Source of the DNA: an uncultured Clostridia bacterium
Lineage (GTDB): Bacteria; Bacillota; Clostridia; Christensenellales; CAG-917
Reading direction: 5' to 3'
Length of the DNA: 64,000 nt
Assembly: GCA_963545485.1 (NCBI GenBank)
Contig: CAUUJG010000007.1
Location: 6,240-70,239 of the forward strand
The translations under genes and the position numbers were made by a program. Shown here one piece after another: positions 42,951 through 53,966 of the stretch (its first letter is position 1; every line of letters begins with the position of its first letter). Under the pieces are notes generated by a model. That model did not search any database. It saw only the letters and a program-made list of their open reading frames with translations, and was not told where the DNA came from.

Positions 42951-44324
42951 ATGGATATGTCGTCAGTAAATAGTGATATTATTAGAGGAAATGTTACCAC
43001 AATAATATTAAATACTCTTGTAAAAAATGGCGGCTATGGATATGATATTTTAAAGCAAATCGAAACAAATACTCTCGGTGTTTATAAACTAAAATCAGCA
43101 ACTGTATACAACAAATTAAATCGACTCGAAGAAGATGGGCTTGTTTCATCTATGCTTGGTGATACAAACGACACTAGCGGTGCTCAAAGGCGTTACTATA
43201 AACTTACAGAAGAAGGACGAAAATATTTAGAAAAAGAAAAAGAAAAATATAAATTTTCAAGGACTATTCTTGATAATCTTGTTTCTTCTGATGAATTTAA
43301 TTTAAATCACGATACACCTCCATTTGATCCAACTGAATTAAGACCGTATACAAAGAAAGAAAAGGATCCTGAACAAAAACCAAAGATTATTTACAAAGAC
43401 AAAATAGTAGAAAAGATTGTTGAAGTAGAAAAACCAATATATATTGAAAAAGAAGTTATTAAACCTGTTATACAAGAAAAAATAGTTGAGGTTGAGAAAC
43501 CTGTTTACATTGAACAGAAACAGGGTCCAAAAACTATTGATGATTTAGATGTTCCAACTAGCAATACCCCAAAATTAACACTACTAGAATTATATAAAAA
43601 ATTGAAGGCTGAAACTGAAAAAGAACCTGAATCAGCAAAAATAAATATAGTAAAGCCCCGTAAAACTTTAGATAATTTAAAAACATTTGGTGATGAAACT
43701 GCTCAATATGAATATGAAAAATCTCAATCTAATTACAAAGATTTTTATCAAGAATTAAATAATAAGGAATTTGAAATTGATGCCGAAGAGGAAAATTTAT
43801 CTGAGACATTTCATACTGATATTAAAACAGACTTATATGCAAACGGATTTAAATTAAGAGCGTATAACAAAAAAAATTCTTCTGAATTTTATGACTTAAA
43901 TTTTCTATTTGTAAATAGAATAAAAAGAGACCTTAGTTTTATTTTTTTTGCAATTGTTGCCGTTGAATTAGCAATATTTTGGGTTTCACTTTATAAACAT
44001 ATAACATATGTTTATTTTATGCCGATATCTATAGTATCCTTATTACTTGCATTATCGCCAATTGTTATTTATTTAGCTAATCCTCATAAAAGAGTACGGG
44101 ATAGGTTTAATTTCAAACTATCATTATTATTACGATTTATTATTTCTTTAAATTTGATCGGAGCTTCTATAATTATTGCATTCTTCGTACCAGGAATAAA
44201 AATCGCCGATAAATATCATCAATTTGAATGTATAATAATTCCAGCTGTTTTATTTGCGAATCTACCGCTAAGCTCTTTTTTAAATTTATTACTAATAAAA
44301 TCAAAAAAATATCATACAGCTTAA
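42951..44324 (+). CDS. PadR-family wHTH regulator fused to a repeat linker and a C-terminal multi-TM domain
   Basis: N-terminal PadR pattern (ILNTLVKNGGYGYDILKQIE...YNKLNRLEEDGLVSS...RRYYKLTEEGRKYL). Duplicated EKIVEVEKP(I/V)YIE. About 4 C-terminal TM helices. 457 aa. Confidence 0.7.
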   Translation: MDMSSVNSDIIRGNVTTIILNTLVKNGGYGYDILKQIETNTLGVYKLKSATVYNKLNRLEEDGLVSSMLGDTNDTSGAQRRYYKLTEEGRKYLEKEKEKYKFSRTILDNLVSSDEFNLNHDTPPFDPTELRPYTKKEKDPEQKPKIIYKDKIVEKIVEVEKPIYIEKEVIKPVIQEKIVEVEKPVYIEQKQGPKTIDDLDVPTSNTPKLTLLELYKKLKAETEKEPESAKINIVKPRKTLDNLKTFGDETAQYEYEKSQSNYKDFYQELNNKEFEIDAEEENLSETFHTDIKTDLYANGFKLRAYNKKNSSEFYDLNFLFVNRIKRDLSFIFFAIVAVELAIFWVSLYKHITYVYFMPISIVSLLLALSPIVIYLANPHKRVRDRFNFKLSLLLRFIISLNLIGASIIIAFFVPGIKIADKYHQFECIIIPAVLFANLPLSSFLNLLLIKSKKYHTA

Positions 44325-44334
44325 TTTATTTATA

Positions 44335-45705
44335 TTAATTGTTAGTTTTTGCAGTATCAAACCCTTTCTTTTTTAGTGCCATTACCTGAGATGTAAATGA
44401 ATCTATAAATTCTTTATTTGTTTTGGTTTTTACTATCATATTCAAAAGGAACTGAATTGCATCAGGGTTGTCTGTTAACATTTTTCTTATAATCCATGTT
44501 GCTTCCAATTCACTCTTAGTTAAGAGTAACTCTTCTTTTCTAGTTCCGGATTTTGCTAAATCTATAGCAGGGAATATTCTCTTTTCACTCAAATTTCTAT
44601 TCAAATGTATTTCCATATTACCTGTTCCTTTGAATTCTTCAAAAATAACATCATCCATTCTACTTCCGGTATCAACTAAAGCTGTTGCTATTATTGTCAA
44701 TGATCCTCCGTTTTCAATATTTCTAGCACTACCAAAAAATCTTTTTGGTGAATGTAAAGCACCTGGATCAATACCACCAGATAATGTTCTTCCAGTAGGT
44801 GGAACAGTTAAGTTGTAGGCTCGGGCAAGTCTTGTTAAACTATCCATAAGTATTACAACATCCTTACCCATTTCTACACTTCTTTTTGCTCTTTCAAGTA
44901 ATTTTTCAGCAGTTTTTGTATGATTTTCAGGTAATTCATCAAAGGTAGAATAAACTACAGTTCCCTTTATTGAACGCTGCATATCTGTAACTTCTTCTGG
45001 TCTTTCATCTATAAGTAAAACCAAAAGTTCAACATCAGGATAATTTGTAGAAATAGCGTTAGCTATTGATTTTAATAATGTTGTCTTACCTGCTTTAGGT
45101 GGTGAAACAATCATAGCTCTTTGTCCTTTCCCAATAGGTGCCACTAAATCTATACAACGAATTGCAAAATCATTCTGACTGCCAGCTGATTCTAAAACAA
45201 GTCTTTCATTTGGATAAATAGGAATCAAATTATCAAACTCTACTCTATTCTTAATATCAGTATAAGGAACGCCATTAATTGATATTACATCTATTAATGC
45301 AGGTTGTTTTGAATCAGTTGTCTGTTTGCAATTTGCAACAACTATATCACCTTGTTTTAATTTAAATGATTTAATTTTAGGTAAACTTACATATATGTCA
45401 TCTGAAGAATTTGCATCATGTTGATTTTGTGCTCTTAAAAAACCATATCCACTATGCATTATTTCAAGCTGTCCTGATGCCTGAATTATCTTTTCTTCGT
45501 TCTGCATCATTTTTTCTTTTTTTACAGAATTTTCAATATCACTTTTAACAGGCAATTCTCCAGTTTCAAGATTGTTTGCAATCTTATTTATTTTTTCAAT
45601 AAGCTCATCTTTTTTTAATTTTGTAGGAGATTGAATCCCAAATTCTTTCGCTAGTAAACGCAACTCAAAAATATTTTTTGAATCTAAATCTTCTATATTA
45701 TACAT
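44335..45705 (-). CDS. rho: Transcription termination factor Rho
   Basis: N-terminal SAP-like LRLLAKEFGI, RNA-binding OB domain, Walker A PPKAGKTTLL, LIDERPEEV, C-terminal IFPAIDL. 456 aa. Confidence 0.95.
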   Translation of the reverse strand: MYNIEDLDSKNIFELRLLAKEFGIQSPTKLKKDELIEKINKIANNLETGELPVKSDIENSVKKEKMMQNEEKIIQASGQLEIMHSGYGFLRAQNQHDANSSDDIYVSLPKIKSFKLKQGDIVVANCKQTTDSKQPALIDVISINGVPYTDIKNRVEFDNLIPIYPNERLVLESAGSQNDFAIRCIDLVAPIGKGQRAMIVSPPKAGKTTLLKSIANAISTNYPDVELLVLLIDERPEEVTDMQRSIKGTVVYSTFDELPENHTKTAEKLLERAKRSVEMGKDVVILMDSLTRLARAYNLTVPPTGRTLSGGIDPGALHSPKRFFGSARNIENGGSLTIIATALVDTGSRMDDVIFEEFKGTGNMEIHLNRNLSEKRIFPAIDLAKSGTRKEELLLTKSELEATWIIRKMLTDNPDAIQFLLNMIVKTKTNKEFIDSFTSQVMALKKKGFDTAKTNN

Positions 45706-45723
45706 GTTCCTCCGAATAGATGT

Positions 45724-46362
45724 TTAGAGTTTATTTAATACAAGGATTTTTGTTTCTTCCGAATCTACATTATATCTATCAAATTCAATTGTTTTTTCTT
45801 CTCTGACCTCGACTTCATCTTCATCAAATAAATCAATGAACTCATGTCTCTTATCTAAATCACAATCACAATCTTTTTCTTTGAAATGCATTGGAATAAC
45901 AATATTTGGCATTAATTTTTCTACATATTCTTTTGCCAAATCAGCGTCAATTGTATCATGCCCGCCAACTGGAATTAATAATACATCAATAGGTGCTAAA
46001 GTTTCAACTAACAATGTAGTACATTCTGAATTAATATTTCCCATATGACATACATCAACACCATCTAAACGATATTTGTATATGATATTCTTGCTATCTA
46101 CTTTATTTAGAATTGCTTCTGAAAAACCATGTATATGTACTCCTTCAACATCATATGACCCAGGTCTATTTATAATTGTAGGGGTACCTTCAATGCCAGA
46201 TGCGACCGCATTAAAACAAGTTTCACAGCTTACAGTTACAATATCAGATTTAATTTTTTGTATTGAATGTCCCGAAACGGGTGAATAAGGATCAGCAACT
46301 AATACAGTACCAGTGCTTTCCTCCAACTTGAAAGCAGAATGCCCAAGCCAAGAAATTTTCAA
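45724..46362 (-). CDS. Metallo-beta-lactamase-fold hydrolase (UPF0173-like)
   Basis: MKISWLGHSAFKLE N-terminus, ...LLIPVGG.... 212 aa. TTG start with AGGAGG RBS. Confidence 0.65.
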   Translation of the reverse strand: MKISWLGHSAFKLEESTGTVLVADPYSPVSGHSIQKIKSDIVTVSCETCFNAVASGIEGTPTIINRPGSYDVEGVHIHGFSEAILNKVDSKNIIYKYRLDGVDVCHMGNINSECTTLLVETLAPIDVLLIPVGGHDTIDADLAKEYVEKLMPNIVIPMHFKEKDCDCDLDKRHEFIDLFDEDEVEVREEKTIEFDRYNVDSEETKILVLNKL

Positions 46363-46371
46363 AATATCCTC

Positions 46372-47511
46372 CTATTTACTATCAATTCTTTCCATTAATT
46401 TTTTAATTTTTTCTGATGGACTTAATAATGTAGATGCTGAAATATTATAGTTAGATGCAGCTACAATATAGGCAAGATATTTTGACATATCAGCCTCATA
46501 GAACCATTTTGCATTTTTTAATTCAGGAATTCTATATGTTAGATTCGTTGATAAAACACCTTCAAAAGCGTGCTCCTCATATGCTTTATTAAATTTCTCA
46601 ATACCTTCTGTAAATAAAGAAAATGTAGGGGCTAAGAAAACTCTTCTAGCTCCTTTCTCTTTTATTTCATAGGCAAGTTTTAATATTGAATCTCCAGTTG
46701 CAACTACATCATCTGCAACAAATACATCCATTCCCATAACTGAACTTCCAATATATTCATGTGCCACTATTGGATTTCTTCCGTTTATGATTTTTGTATA
46801 ATCTCTTCTTTTATAAAACATTCCCAAATCTAAACCTAGGATTGATGCATAATATATATTTCTAGGCATTGCCCCTTCATCGGGTGAAATGACCATCATT
46901 CTATCCTTATTAAACTGCACATCCGGAAAATGTTTAGATAATTTTTTTAAAATTTGATAATGAGGAAAAAAGTTATCAAATCCCATCTGAGGAACTGCAT
47001 TTTGTACTCTTGGATCATGTGCATCGAAAGTTATTATATCTTTAACGCCCATATGCTGCAGTTGATGTAACATAAGTGCACAGTCAAGCGATTCCCTTGC
47101 TGATCTCCTATGCTGTCTTCCGCCATAAAGCATTGGCATTATAACTGTTATTCTTTTAGGCTTGCCTGTTGTGGTCCCTAAAAGTCTTATTAAATCAGCA
47201 AAATGCTCATCCGGCGTCATAGGAATTTGTTTCCCATACATATTATATGTAATTCCATGATTGTTTGGATCACATATTATGTATAGATCCTTACCTCTTA
47301 CAGTTTCATATATAATTCCTTTTCCTTCACCATTCGTAAATCTTGGACAATCCGATTCGATAATAAACGATTTTCTATCACCTAAATCTTTTTTAAACCA
47401 GCTTGTTAACCAACTATCAATTGAAGCTGCTAACTCACCCGCTCCGGGTGTTGCTACTATAGCAAGAGGTGCAGTTTTGTTCTTAATATCATATTTTAAA
47501 TCTGGAACCAT
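46372..47511 (-). CDS. prs: Ribose-phosphate pyrophosphokinase (PRPP synthetase), long form
   Basis: ITFDAHDPRVQN and the PRPP-binding loop VFVADDVVATGDSI. 379 aa. Confidence 0.85.
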   Translation of the reverse strand: MVPDLKYDIKNKTAPLAIVATPGAGELAASIDSWLTSWFKKDLGDRKSFIIESDCPRFTNGEGKGIIYETVRGKDLYIICDPNNHGITYNMYGKQIPMTPDEHFADLIRLLGTTTGKPKRITVIMPMLYGGRQHRRSARESLDCALMLHQLQHMGVKDIITFDAHDPRVQNAVPQMGFDNFFPHYQILKKLSKHFPDVQFNKDRMMVISPDEGAMPRNIYYASILGLDLGMFYKRRDYTKIINGRNPIVAHEYIGSSVMGMDVFVADDVVATGDSILKLAYEIKEKGARRVFLAPTFSLFTEGIEKFNKAYEEHAFEGVLSTNLTYRIPELKNAKWFYEADMSKYLAYIVAASNYNISASTLLSPSEKIKKLMERIDSK

Positions 47512-47566
47512 GAAACTCTCCGTTGATTAAATAATATCAAATTGAAGTGTCCTTATCAATGAAAAT

Positions 47567-48637
47567 TCAAGCTTGACCTGCCAATTCAATTATATCTAAA
47601 CAAATACGATTCATAATATTCATCCCTTTATTATTGAGTATAAATTTATCATTATTTATTAAATAAAATCCTTTATATTCTGTTAATATTTTTTCATTAA
47701 CATATTTCTTATCAATTCCATAAATGGTTCTTAAACCTAACATAACTTCCTCTTCAAAAATATCTTTTTCTATTAAATACTCATATGATTTTCCTTTGTC
47801 GTTAAGATATTTTTCAATATTGTCACTATTACTATACCTTATATTTTTTTCAGAAATGAATGAATGTGCTCCAGCACCAAACCCATAGTATGTACCCCGT
47901 GTCCAATATTTCATATTATGTCTTGAATGGTATCCAGGAAATGCAAAGTTTGATATTTCATATCTTATATATCCAAGACTTAATAGATATTCAACAAGGT
48001 CAGTATATCTATCCATGCATTCATCTTCATTTTTAACAATATATGTTTCTTTAGGATCAAGAATTGTTTTTTCATCAAATGACAAAAGATATATTGACAA
48101 AGATTTGGCATAATTCTTAAGTTTTTCTACTGTATCAATTAAAGTTTTGTTTTCTTTAAAACCAACTATTAAATCACAAGAAATATTGTTGAAAAATTTA
48201 GAAACTAACTCTAACTTCTTCATTGCTTCTAGTGAACTATGAATTCTGTTCATGCTCTTCAATTCCAAATCTTGTAGAGACTGAATTCCAATACTTATTC
48301 TATTAATACCAAGTTGTTTGTATATAACTAATTTTTCTTCAGAGACGCTTTCTGGATTTACTTCTATAGTACATTCGCAGTCGTCAGTTATTTGATTGTT
48401 TTCTTTGACTATATTTACCAGCAATTTAATTTCATTCTCAGTCATTATAGAAGGTGTTCCACCTCCGAAATAAATTGTATCAATTGCAGAATTTATTTTT
48501 GTACTGGAAATCTCTTCAATTAACTTATTTATGTATTTTTCTTTTAAGCTCAAATCAGTTATTGAATTGAATGTACAATATGAACATTTACTTTTACAAA
48601 ATGGAAAGTGAATATATATTGATGCAGATTTATTCAT
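47567..48637 (-). CDS. hemW: Radical-SAM haem chaperone HemW (HemN-like)
   Basis: [19 protein letters not shown] (CxxxCxxC), GGGTPS. 356 aa. Directly downstream of lepA as in most Bacillota. Confidence 0.85.
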   Translation of the reverse strand: MNKSASIYIHFPFCKSKCSYCTFNSITDLSLKEKYINKLIEEISSTKINSAIDTIYFGGGTPSIMTENEIKLLVNIVKENNQITDDCECTIEVNPESVSEEKLVIYKQLGINRISIGIQSLQDLELKSMNRIHSSLEAMKKLELVSKFFNNISCDLIVGFKENKTLIDTVEKLKNYAKSLSIYLLSFDEKTILDPKETYIVKNEDECMDRYTDLVEYLLSLGYIRYEISNFAFPGYHSRHNMKYWTRGTYYGFGAGAHSFISEKNIRYSNSDNIEKYLNDKGKSYEYLIEKDIFEEEVMLGLRTIYGIDKKYVNEKILTEYKGFYLINNDKFILNNKGMNIMNRICLDIIELAGQA

Positions 48638-50441
48638 CCGACAACTTTAAAATTGTTATAAAAGCATCACTTGGAATCTCGACAGAACCAATTTTTCTCA
48701 TACGCTTCTTCCCTTCTTTCTGTTTTTCAAGAAGTTTTTTCTTTCTGGATATGTCGCCACCGTAGCATTTTGCAAGAACATCTTTCCTAACTGCTTTAAC
48801 AGTTTCTCTCGCAATTATTTTAGAGCCTATTGCCGCTTGTATTGGTATTTCAAATAATTGTTTCGGAATAACATTACGGAGTTTTTCAACAATTGCCCTT
48901 CCTCTAGAATATGCCTTATCTTTATGTGTTATAAGTGAAAGTGCATCACATACTTCTCCATTTATTAAAATATCAAGTCTTAATAAATCACTTTTTTCAT
49001 AGTCAGCCATTTCATAATCTAATGACGCATAACCTTTAGTTCTTGATTTAAGAATATCAAAAAAATCATATACGATTTCATTAAGTGGCATCTTATAAAT
49101 TATACTTACCCTCTTTGAATCAATATATGACATATCTTCCATTGTTCCTCGTTTTTCCTGACACAATTCCATAATTGTTCCAACATACTCAGGCGGGGTA
49201 TATATTGTTGCCTTAACCATTGGTTCTTTAATGTATACTATGTTAGTTGGTGAAGGTAGAGAAATAGGGTTGTCGACTATTATTTCTTCGTTATTGCTTT
49301 TCATTACTTTATATGAAACACTAGGTGCTGTAGTTATAATCTTTAAATCAAATTCACGTTCTATTCTTTCTTGAATTATATCCATATGAAGTAATCCAAG
49401 AAAACCACATCTAAATCCAAAACCAAGTGCCTTAGAAACTTCAGGTTCAAATGATAATGATGCATCATTTAATTGAAGTTTAAGCAATGCTTCCTTTAAG
49501 TCATCATATTTAGATCCATCCGCAGGGAAAACCCCTGTATATACCATTGGAACTGACTTTTTGTAACCAGAAAGCGGTTCCTTTGCTGGATTATCAACAA
49601 GAGTAATAGTATCACCAACTGCAGTATCAGAAACATTTTTAATGCTTGCTGCAATATAACCAACTTCTCCGGATTTAATTTCACTGGAACTGTATAAACT
49701 TGGATGAAAATATCCTACTTCAACAACTTCAAATTCTTTTTTTGTAGAAAACATTTTTATTCTGTCCCCTACTTTTACCTTTCCATCAAATACCCTAACC
49801 ATAGAAATTGCACCACGAAAATTATCATAAAAACTATCAAAAATTAAAGCTTTAAGCGGTGCATTTTCATCTCCAACTGGTGCAGGAATCTTATCAATTA
49901 CAGCTTCAATTAATTCTGTAATTCCTATACCTTCTTTAGCTGAAACTAATGGACAATTTGATGTATCTAATCCGATAACATCTTCAATTTCCTTCTTAAT
50001 CGCAGGAACATCTGCCGATGGTAAATCAATCTTATTAATTACAGGAATTATCTCAAGATTATTCTCTAACGCTAAATATAAATTAGACAATGTTTGAGCT
50101 TCAATGCCTTGTGTAGCATCTACTATCAGTAGTGCTCCTTCACAAGCGGCTAATGATCTTGAAACTTCATAGGTAAAATCAACATGTCCTGGAGTATCTA
50201 TCAAATTAAGAATATAATCTTCACCTTTGTAATTATATTTCATACGACAGGTCTGTAACTTTATTGTAATACCACGCTCACGCTCAATATCCATATTATC
50301 AAGCAACTGAGATGTCATGTCTCTTAGTGCTACTGTTTGAGTTTTTTCTATCAATCTATCCGCTAATGTACTCTTGCCATGATCTATATGTGCAATGATA
50401 CAAAAATTTCTAATGTTATTTTTATTCAAGTACTTCCTCAA
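48630..50441 (-). CDS. lepA: Elongation factor 4 (LepA)
   Basis: [34 protein letters not shown], with the LepA-specific C-terminus. 603 aa. Confidence 0.96.
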   Translation of the reverse strand: MRKYLNKNNIRNFCIIAHIDHGKSTLADRLIEKTQTVALRDMTSQLLDNMDIERERGITIKLQTCRMKYNYKGEDYILNLIDTPGHVDFTYEVSRSLAACEGALLIVDATQGIEAQTLSNLYLALENNLEIIPVINKIDLPSADVPAIKKEIEDVIGLDTSNCPLVSAKEGIGITELIEAVIDKIPAPVGDENAPLKALIFDSFYDNFRGAISMVRVFDGKVKVGDRIKMFSTKKEFEVVEVGYFHPSLYSSSEIKSGEVGYIAASIKNVSDTAVGDTITLVDNPAKEPLSGYKKSVPMVYTGVFPADGSKYDDLKEALLKLQLNDASLSFEPEVSKALGFGFRCGFLGLLHMDIIQERIEREFDLKIITTAPSVSYKVMKSNNEEIIVDNPISLPSPTNIVYIKEPMVKATIYTPPEYVGTIMELCQEKRGTMEDMSYIDSKRVSIIYKMPLNEIVYDFFDILKSRTKGYASLDYEMADYEKSDLLRLDILINGEVCDALSLITHKDKAYSRGRAIVEKLRNVIPKQLFEIPIQAAIGSKIIARETVKAVRKDVLAKCYGGDISRKKKLLEKQKEGKKRMRKIGSVEIPSDAFITILKLSDE

Positions 50442-50510
50442 AAAATCAATATTGACAATATTATAATTAAAGCTTAAAATTTTATCAATAAATTAGATAT
50501 AGGGGAAAAT

Positions 50511-51275
50511 ATGGAATTAACATGGTTAATGGAAAGACCCGTTTGCCATCGTGGTTTTCATGGAAACTGCATAGCTGAAAACACTATTTCTGCTTTTAAA
50601 CAAGCCATTGATCATAATTTTAACATTGAACTGGATGTACAATTAACGAAAGATAAAAAATTAATAGTTTTTCATGATTATAATTTAAAAAGACTTTTTG
50701 GAATAAAAAAAAGTATTTCCTCAGTTACTTTTGACGAAATAAGAGAACTGAGATTTCCAAATACAAATGAACAAATACCTACTTTTGAAGAAGTTTTAGA
50801 CCTCGTTAATAATCAAACTGGGATATTATGTGAAATTAAAGGATTAAACCCATACTGTCACGATATAGAAGCTACAGCAGACAATCTGACAAAAAATTAT
50901 AATGGTAGACTTGCTTTCCAATCCTTCAATTTTGAAGCTGTTAAATATCTAAAACAGCATTCTGATTTTAATTGTGGACAACTTGCATCTTGGCGTTTTG
51001 GGAAAAAAGAACGTTCATTTATGCTTAATTATTTTGGAAAATTAAGAGTTGTTAAAAATAGTAACCCTGATTTCATCGCTTATGATGTAAGATCATTGAA
51101 CCCAAAATTCAAAGAAAATACATACCTTAAAAATTATATTGGAAAACTTCCTATACTATTATGGACAGTTAATTCTGAAGAAAAAATTAAAATTGCTGAA
51201 AATTTTTCTGCAAATATAATTTTTGAAAAAATTCCTCTTGAAACGATAGAAATATTTATAAATAATAAAAAATAA
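50511..51275 (+). CDS. Glycerophosphodiester phosphodiesterase family protein
   Basis: CHRGFHG...ENTISAF...ELDVQLTKDKKLIVFHD (GDPD motifs). 254 aa. Confidence 0.8.
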   Translation: MELTWLMERPVCHRGFHGNCIAENTISAFKQAIDHNFNIELDVQLTKDKKLIVFHDYNLKRLFGIKKSISSVTFDEIRELRFPNTNEQIPTFEEVLDLVNNQTGILCEIKGLNPYCHDIEATADNLTKNYNGRLAFQSFNFEAVKYLKQHSDFNCGQLASWRFGKKERSFMLNYFGKLRVVKNSNPDFIAYDVRSLNPKFKENTYLKNYIGKLPILLWTVNSEEKIKIAENFSANIIFEKIPLETIEIFINNKK

Positions 51276-51300
51276 AAAAGCCCCATTTCGGGGCACTTTT
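51276..51300. terminator. Bidirectional intrinsic terminator between convergent genes
   Basis: AAAAAA-GCCCC-atttc-GGGGC-acTTTTT. The - strand reading gives GCCCC-gaaat-GGGGC-TTTTTT. Confidence 0.85.
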
Positions 51301-53486
51301 TATTTAGCAGCTTGTTTAGCTATTTTTCTTTCTTTAAAATACCTATTCATCATTACAAATTTATTTTTGATATATTTAAAAAGATTTTCATTCATAGGTT
51401 TTATATCAACTACTTTTTTACTTACTGTGATCGAGTATGCAACATACATATAATATAGTAATGTTAACAATGCAATTACTGAGAAGAAAATCAAAAATGG
51501 ATCTCTTTCTTCAAATGCAACCAATGCATTTTGTGCTGTTGCACCATTCTTACCACCAATAAACTGCGAAATATTAATTATCTGAGTTATATTTACTACT
51601 GAAATAAACATAAATACTGCATTTATAAAATATAGTCTCTTATCTCCTACAATCATTGTGTGTAACAAAAGAATTGCGATAGGTATTACAATGTATGTAT
51701 AGTCTACTTTCATTGTTAAAATACCCATAACGGAATATGTCAAAGCTACCAACAATAAAATATCAAGTTTGTTTTTCTTTCCTATAAACATGGATATTAC
51801 AAAGATTTCAAATACAATAATAAATATTATATTAAGTATTACTGTACTTTTAAGTACTTCCTGACCATTCATTCCGGCTAAGGCATAAAGATTCAGTCCA
51901 TTCAAAACAAAAATATTGTTGTTAATCATTACATTTGCAATTGCTTTATACCCATAAAAAGCATCCTTACCTTTAATTTGAGTAATTGCAATTGGTAATG
52001 TTAATAAATAAAGCATTACTAGAGTTACCAAAACTCCAAATACCATTACTGCTCTGTTCTTTGTAAATTTTGCAATCGAAGCATCATCTTTAATATAATC
52101 AAAAACCATTACTACTGCTAAAACCGGTACTGCCGCCATAACTCTCAAATCAAAAAGAATTGCTAAAGGCAAAATTGCATAAAATGCAATGTATTTCTTT
52201 TCAAGTAATAGCAATGTGAGCATTAATATTAATGCAATAAGTACACTTAAGAAAACATTGGACATTGCAGACATAATAAATGCAATTGGTAACAATGCAT
52301 ACAATGATGAATATATTGTTGATAATTTATTCCCAACATACTTTCTGCCATAAAAATAGATGGTTAGAACAATACCAATATCAAACAAAATATTTATGAA
52401 TCTTATCATAATTGATAAATCATTATTGCTTTTTATCCCGAATGCTCCCAATATTGATAATAAATATAAAAATCCCGGAGCTGCTGTACTATTTTTGTTG
52501 TTTGAATAGAATTTTGTTAAATCACTAGTTTTAGCTATAGACCTTGCGGTTTCTATTGTGCCAGTCATTTCTTTCCCAAACCCATAAGTAGTAAACAACA
52601 AAATAAATCTTAATAAAAGTGCACAAACTGCAATTATAATGCCTATATAAATAAATTGATATTTATCCAAATGTGCTGATATCGCAGGATTGTTTTTTGC
52701 AATCTTTGTTGTTACAAAATCTTCAAAAACATCTTTTTTACTATATGCTCTTCTTGCAAATACAGAAGCAGCGATTACTAATGCAACTGTAATTAATGAT
52801 GCAAATACAATTAGAATTGTTCCTGACTGACTTTTAATGTTATATTTTGCACTTCCTTTATTTGTTTTTGCTACTGTTGTAACTGTTGTTCCTGCTGGGG
52901 GATTTTTAACTGCTGTTAAAGAAATATTGTCAACATATAAATTACCCTTCTCTTTTGCGTCTTTTGTCCCTAATAGAACTTCTAGCTTTAAATCTCTAGA
53001 TTTAGACTTTATATAAACTTCTGTAGTATTCCACTTTTCATTTATACCATCTTTGTGAGATATTTTAGTTGCTCCATCATTTAATTGAAGATATCCCTTA
53101 GTCGTTTTGGCAGGCTTATCATATTCAACTTCGTAACGCCAACTAATAGACAATTTATATACTTGATCTTTTTTAACTTTAATTGTCTGTGAGATAGATA
53201 CATAATTTTCAGTCTTATCATTTTTTAATTTTAAAATTCCTTTCCCGAAATTGAACCCATCACTTTTTGCGTTATTTTCCTTCTCAGCTGGAGCTACTTT
53301 TTCATATGTTCCCTTTGATTCATCAAAAACAGTCCAGTTATCAAACTTACTGTCATTAAAATCTTCAAAAGCTCCGTTTTTAACTAAATTTGTATTTTCA
53401 TCAATTTCACCACATGCAGTAAATGAAAATATTGCAAGCAACAAAATCAATACAGTTATTACTATTGAGAGAACTCTTTTTTTCAT
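51300..53486 (-). CDS. Lipoprotein-type signal plus carbohydrate-binding-like beta-sandwich, fused to a large polytopic membrane domain (GT-C/ArnT-like?), function unknown
   Basis: Lipobox LAIFSFTACGE. NLVKNGAFEDF...W motif as in CBM4/9-type modules (~200 aa), followed by 12 or more TM helices. 728 aa. Confidence 0.55.
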   Translation of the reverse strand: MKKRVLSIVITVLILLLAIFSFTACGEIDENTNLVKNGAFEDFNDSKFDNWTVFDESKGTYEKVAPAEKENNAKSDGFNFGKGILKLKNDKTENYVSISQTIKVKKDQVYKLSISWRYEVEYDKPAKTTKGYLQLNDGATKISHKDGINEKWNTTEVYIKSKSRDLKLEVLLGTKDAKEKGNLYVDNISLTAVKNPPAGTTVTTVAKTNKGSAKYNIKSQSGTILIVFASLITVALVIAASVFARRAYSKKDVFEDFVTTKIAKNNPAISAHLDKYQFIYIGIIIAVCALLLRFILLFTTYGFGKEMTGTIETARSIAKTSDLTKFYSNNKNSTAAPGFLYLLSILGAFGIKSNNDLSIMIRFINILFDIGIVLTIYFYGRKYVGNKLSTIYSSLYALLPIAFIMSAMSNVFLSVLIALILMLTLLLLEKKYIAFYAILPLAILFDLRVMAAVPVLAVVMVFDYIKDDASIAKFTKNRAVMVFGVLVTLVMLYLLTLPIAITQIKGKDAFYGYKAIANVMINNNIFVLNGLNLYALAGMNGQEVLKSTVILNIIFIIVFEIFVISMFIGKKNKLDILLLVALTYSVMGILTMKVDYTYIVIPIAILLLHTMIVGDKRLYFINAVFMFISVVNITQIINISQFIGGKNGATAQNALVAFEERDPFLIFFSVIALLTLLYYMYVAYSITVSKKVVDIKPMNENLFKYIKNKFVMMNRYFKERKIAKQAAK

Positions 53487-53499
53487 TTTTTACCCTCAG

Positions 53500-53841
53500 T
53501 TATCTAATTTCTTTTAACTTTGCCGCTCTACCTGTTTTTTCTCTTAGATAATACAATTTTGCTCTTCTTACTTTTCCGTGTCTTACAACTTCTATTCTAT
53601 CAACTCTTGGTGAATGTAGCGGAAATGTTCTTTCGACTCCTACACCATAACTGATTCTTCTAACAGTCATTGTCTGTCTTACACCACCGTGTTTAAGTGC
53701 TATAACAGTACCTTCATACGACTGAATACGTTCCCTGTTGCCTTCAACAACTTTAACAAAAACATTAACTTGATCGCCTATTTCAATCTTAGGCAAATCT
53801 TGCTTCATGCTCTCTTTTTCTAATGCATCAATTATGTTCAT
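53500..53841 (-). CDS. rplS: 50S ribosomal protein L19
   Basis: [20 protein letters not shown]...[18 protein letters not shown]...[13 protein letters not shown]. The ATG at 53841 with GGAGG RBS is preferred over the TTG at 53853. Confidence 0.96.
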   Translation of the reverse strand: MNIIDALEKESMKQDLPKIEIGDQVNVFVKVVEGNRERIQSYEGTVIALKHGGVRQTMTVRRISYGVGVERTFPLHSPRVDRIEVVRHGKVRRAKLYYLREKTGRAAKLKEIR

Positions 53842-53864
53842 GACTTCCTCCAAATCTTACAAAA

Positions 53865-53942
53865 GTTCTTACTGAATATCTTTCAGCATAGGAACAGTTG
53901 AGCCATGTGAAAAATTTTAACATAAAATATATATATAAACAA
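53865..53942 (-). promoter_or_regulatory. rplS promoter and structured leader
   Basis: TTGTTT (53942-37), 17 nt, extended -10 TGTTAAAAT (53922-14). Leader hairpin GUUC-CUAUG-CUGAA-AGAUA-UUCAG-UAA-GAAC (53895-53865). Confidence 0.45.
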
Positions 53943-53966
53943 TTAAATATAATATATAAAAGTGCT

